Shown here one piece after another: positions 62,766-64,000 of a stretch of 64,000 bases of DNA. Within the stretch, counting starts at the first letter, position 1; each line of letters begins with the position of its first letter. A program made the translations under genes and the position numbers. The stretch is taken from positions 1-64,000 of IMG/VR virus record IMGVR_UViG_3300020042_009256. One strand, written 5' to 3'. Under the pieces are notes generated by a model. That model was not told where the DNA came from and did not search any database. It worked only from the letters and a program-made list of their open reading frames with translations. This DNA comes from a virus (taxonomy: Duplodnaviria > Caudoviricetes).

Positions 62766-62930
62766 CTACTTCTTTTCTTTACCTTTACGCTTCTGCTCTT
62801 GATATTTGCGTGCTTTTTCCAGGGCTGCTTTACGCTTTTCTTTATCACTCATCTCAGAGCCATCTTCATTCTTGGCTTCTTTTTTCTTAAGATACTCAAG
62901 AAACTGAGGAGGCATTTTTTTCTTAGTCAT
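62766..62930 (-). CDS. 54-aa Lys-rich peptide
   Basis: MTKKKMPPQFLEYLKKKEAK...KAALEKARKYQEQKRKGKEKK; TAATG coupled; not in track. Confidence 0.65.
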   Translation of the reverse strand: MTKKKMPPQFLEYLKKKEAKNEDGSEMSDKEKRKAALEKARKYQEQKRKGKEKK

Positions 62931-63181
62931 TAAAATCTCCGTTGGGTTTGTCTTTCGATCTCTGTACCCCTACGCTCAACATCTCGCTGTTGTTGGTAAG
63001 TATTTTGTCGTTGTTGCCTCATGTCTGCTTCAATTCGTCTACGTTCTGAGTCTGCATCACGACGTACTTGGTTTGAATTATTTGTCATATCCCTACGTGT
63101 TTTTTCATTCTGCCTATTAATTGCAGAAGAATTAGGATTGACGCCACCAGGGCCGTTATTACCAGGTCTTACTCCACCCAT
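62930..63181 (-). CDS. R/Q/N-rich low-complexity protein
   Basis: MGGVRPGNNGPGG N-terminus. Confidence 0.65.
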   Translation of the reverse strand: MGGVRPGNNGPGGVNPNSSAINRQNEKTRRDMTNNSNQVRRDADSERRRIEADMRQQRQNTYQQQRDVERRGTEIERQTQRRF

Positions 63182-63183
63182 GA

Positions 63184-63600
63184 TTAAGCTCCCTTACCTT
63201 TGGTTGACCTTCTTGAAAATCTACTGGGGCTAGTTGGCATTCCTTGCGCACTAGGATTATTTGAATTCCTTGTTAAAGATCCAAGGGAACTTAATTGTTG
63301 CCTTGATTGCGGAGCATTATTCAATGCGTTTTGAGAATACATGGCATTTTGATTGTCCATTTCACGCTGTGCAGCTGCTTGCTGCTCACGTTGCGTATTT
63401 ATAGCACGTTGATAATTTTCTTCTTCTTGTTGAAAACGAACTTGTGCGGGGTCTACTCTGCTTTCATCCCGTTGAGGTTCTGTATAACGTGGTGCTTCCT
63501 GTTGTACGACAGGCTGAGGGGCTGCTACACTTTCTTCCCTCGCTGGTGGACTATAAGAACCACCTCCTCCTCTACCGCTATTTGGTCTGGCTCCGCCCAT
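63184..63600 (-). CDS. Q-rich low-complexity protein
   Basis: MGGARPNSGRGGGG N-terminus. Confidence 0.65.
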   Translation of the reverse strand: MGGARPNSGRGGGGSYSPPAREESVAAPQPVVQQEAPRYTEPQRDESRVDPAQVRFQQEEENYQRAINTQREQQAAAQREMDNQNAMYSQNALNNAPQSRQQLSSLGSLTRNSNNPSAQGMPTSPSRFSRRSTKGKGA

Positions 63601-63635
63601 GATTAAAATTTATTCCTGTCTTAATTTTAAACTAA

Positions 63636-63998
63636 TTACTCTTCTAATTGCATGCGGGCCCACACACTCATTGATGCTTCTTCCAGGGGACCTTCAATTG
63701 GATCGTCTTTAAAAATAAACATCAACTCACGAATAGCCCTATCAGCACCGGCCATTAATAAACCCTTGCGATCTTTGGTAGAAGTAAATTGCTCAACCTG
63801 GGCAATTGTTCCACGAAGTTCTTTTTGCATTGAAGCAACACGTGCAACACCTGCGTCACGTTTAACCGTTCCTGTTTCTACATCTGCGCGTAACTTACGA
63901 ATATCTTCCTGCATTTCATCAATCTCGTACAGAAGAGTTTTACGATGATCAGGTTTTTTGTAATTGTCTTTTACCCAAAGATCACACGCAACAATACT
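63636..63998 (-). CDS. helical protein truncated by the window edge (terminase small subunit candidate)
   Basis: Frame is open to the window end (SIVACDLWVKDNYKKPDHRKTLLYEIDEMQED...); upstream of terL. Confidence 0.6.
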   Translation of the reverse strand, partial: SIVACDLWVKDNYKKPDHRKTLLYEIDEMQEDIRKLRADVETGTVKRDAGVARVASMQKELRGTIAQVEQFTSTKDRKGLLMAGADRAIRELMFIFKDDPIEGPLEEASMSVWARMQLEE

Positions 63999-64000
63999 TC

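Noticed and set aside
1-64000. Photosynthesis genes (psbA, hli), ribonucleotide reductase, phage RNA polymerase, rRNA
   Set aside because: No matching motifs in any translated ORF; they may lie outside this window

Overview
About 64 kb of a tailed dsDNA phage genome, almost certainly a lytic cyanophage. It carries an NblA-like gene, Dps, speD and tRNA-Leu(UAA). No integrase, repressor cassette, RNA polymerase or psbA is seen in the window. From memory the gene set resembles the freshwater Synechococcus phage S-EIV1 lineage (unverified). Layout: (1) 1-16.2 kb, + strand early/replication arm with many small ORFs, a PcfJ-like protein, tRNA-Leu, a GP88-like protein, T7-type DNA polymerase A, a double-OB SSB, a SWIM protein and Gp157; (2) 16.2-26 kb accessory block with a tail/receptor-binding cassette, Dps, HNH, small basic proteins, a glycosyltransferase, a ColD-like 3-dehydratase and Gmd; (3) 26-34 kb exonuclease, primase-SF3 helicase, SpeD, GT4 and an HNH-like gene; (4) 34-44 kb endolysin, KilA-N, a repeat-rich tail fibre with S74 chaperone, a degenerate adenine MTase, Dcd, DUF3310, NblA and lysozyme; (5) 44-64 kb, - strand morphogenesis genes (virion proteins, major capsid, scaffold, portal, terminase). 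The signal least explained by protein annotation is at the RNA level. A small covarying H-type pseudoknot recurs 5-6 times, 20-29 nt upstream of start codons that mostly lack a Shine-Dalgarno sequence. There are also several larger structured intergenic elements, including a ~157-nt inverted repeat and a 75-nt four-way junction. All protein family calls come from motif recognition by eye, not database searches. Several start codons were moved from the supplied ORF track to likelier downstream starts.
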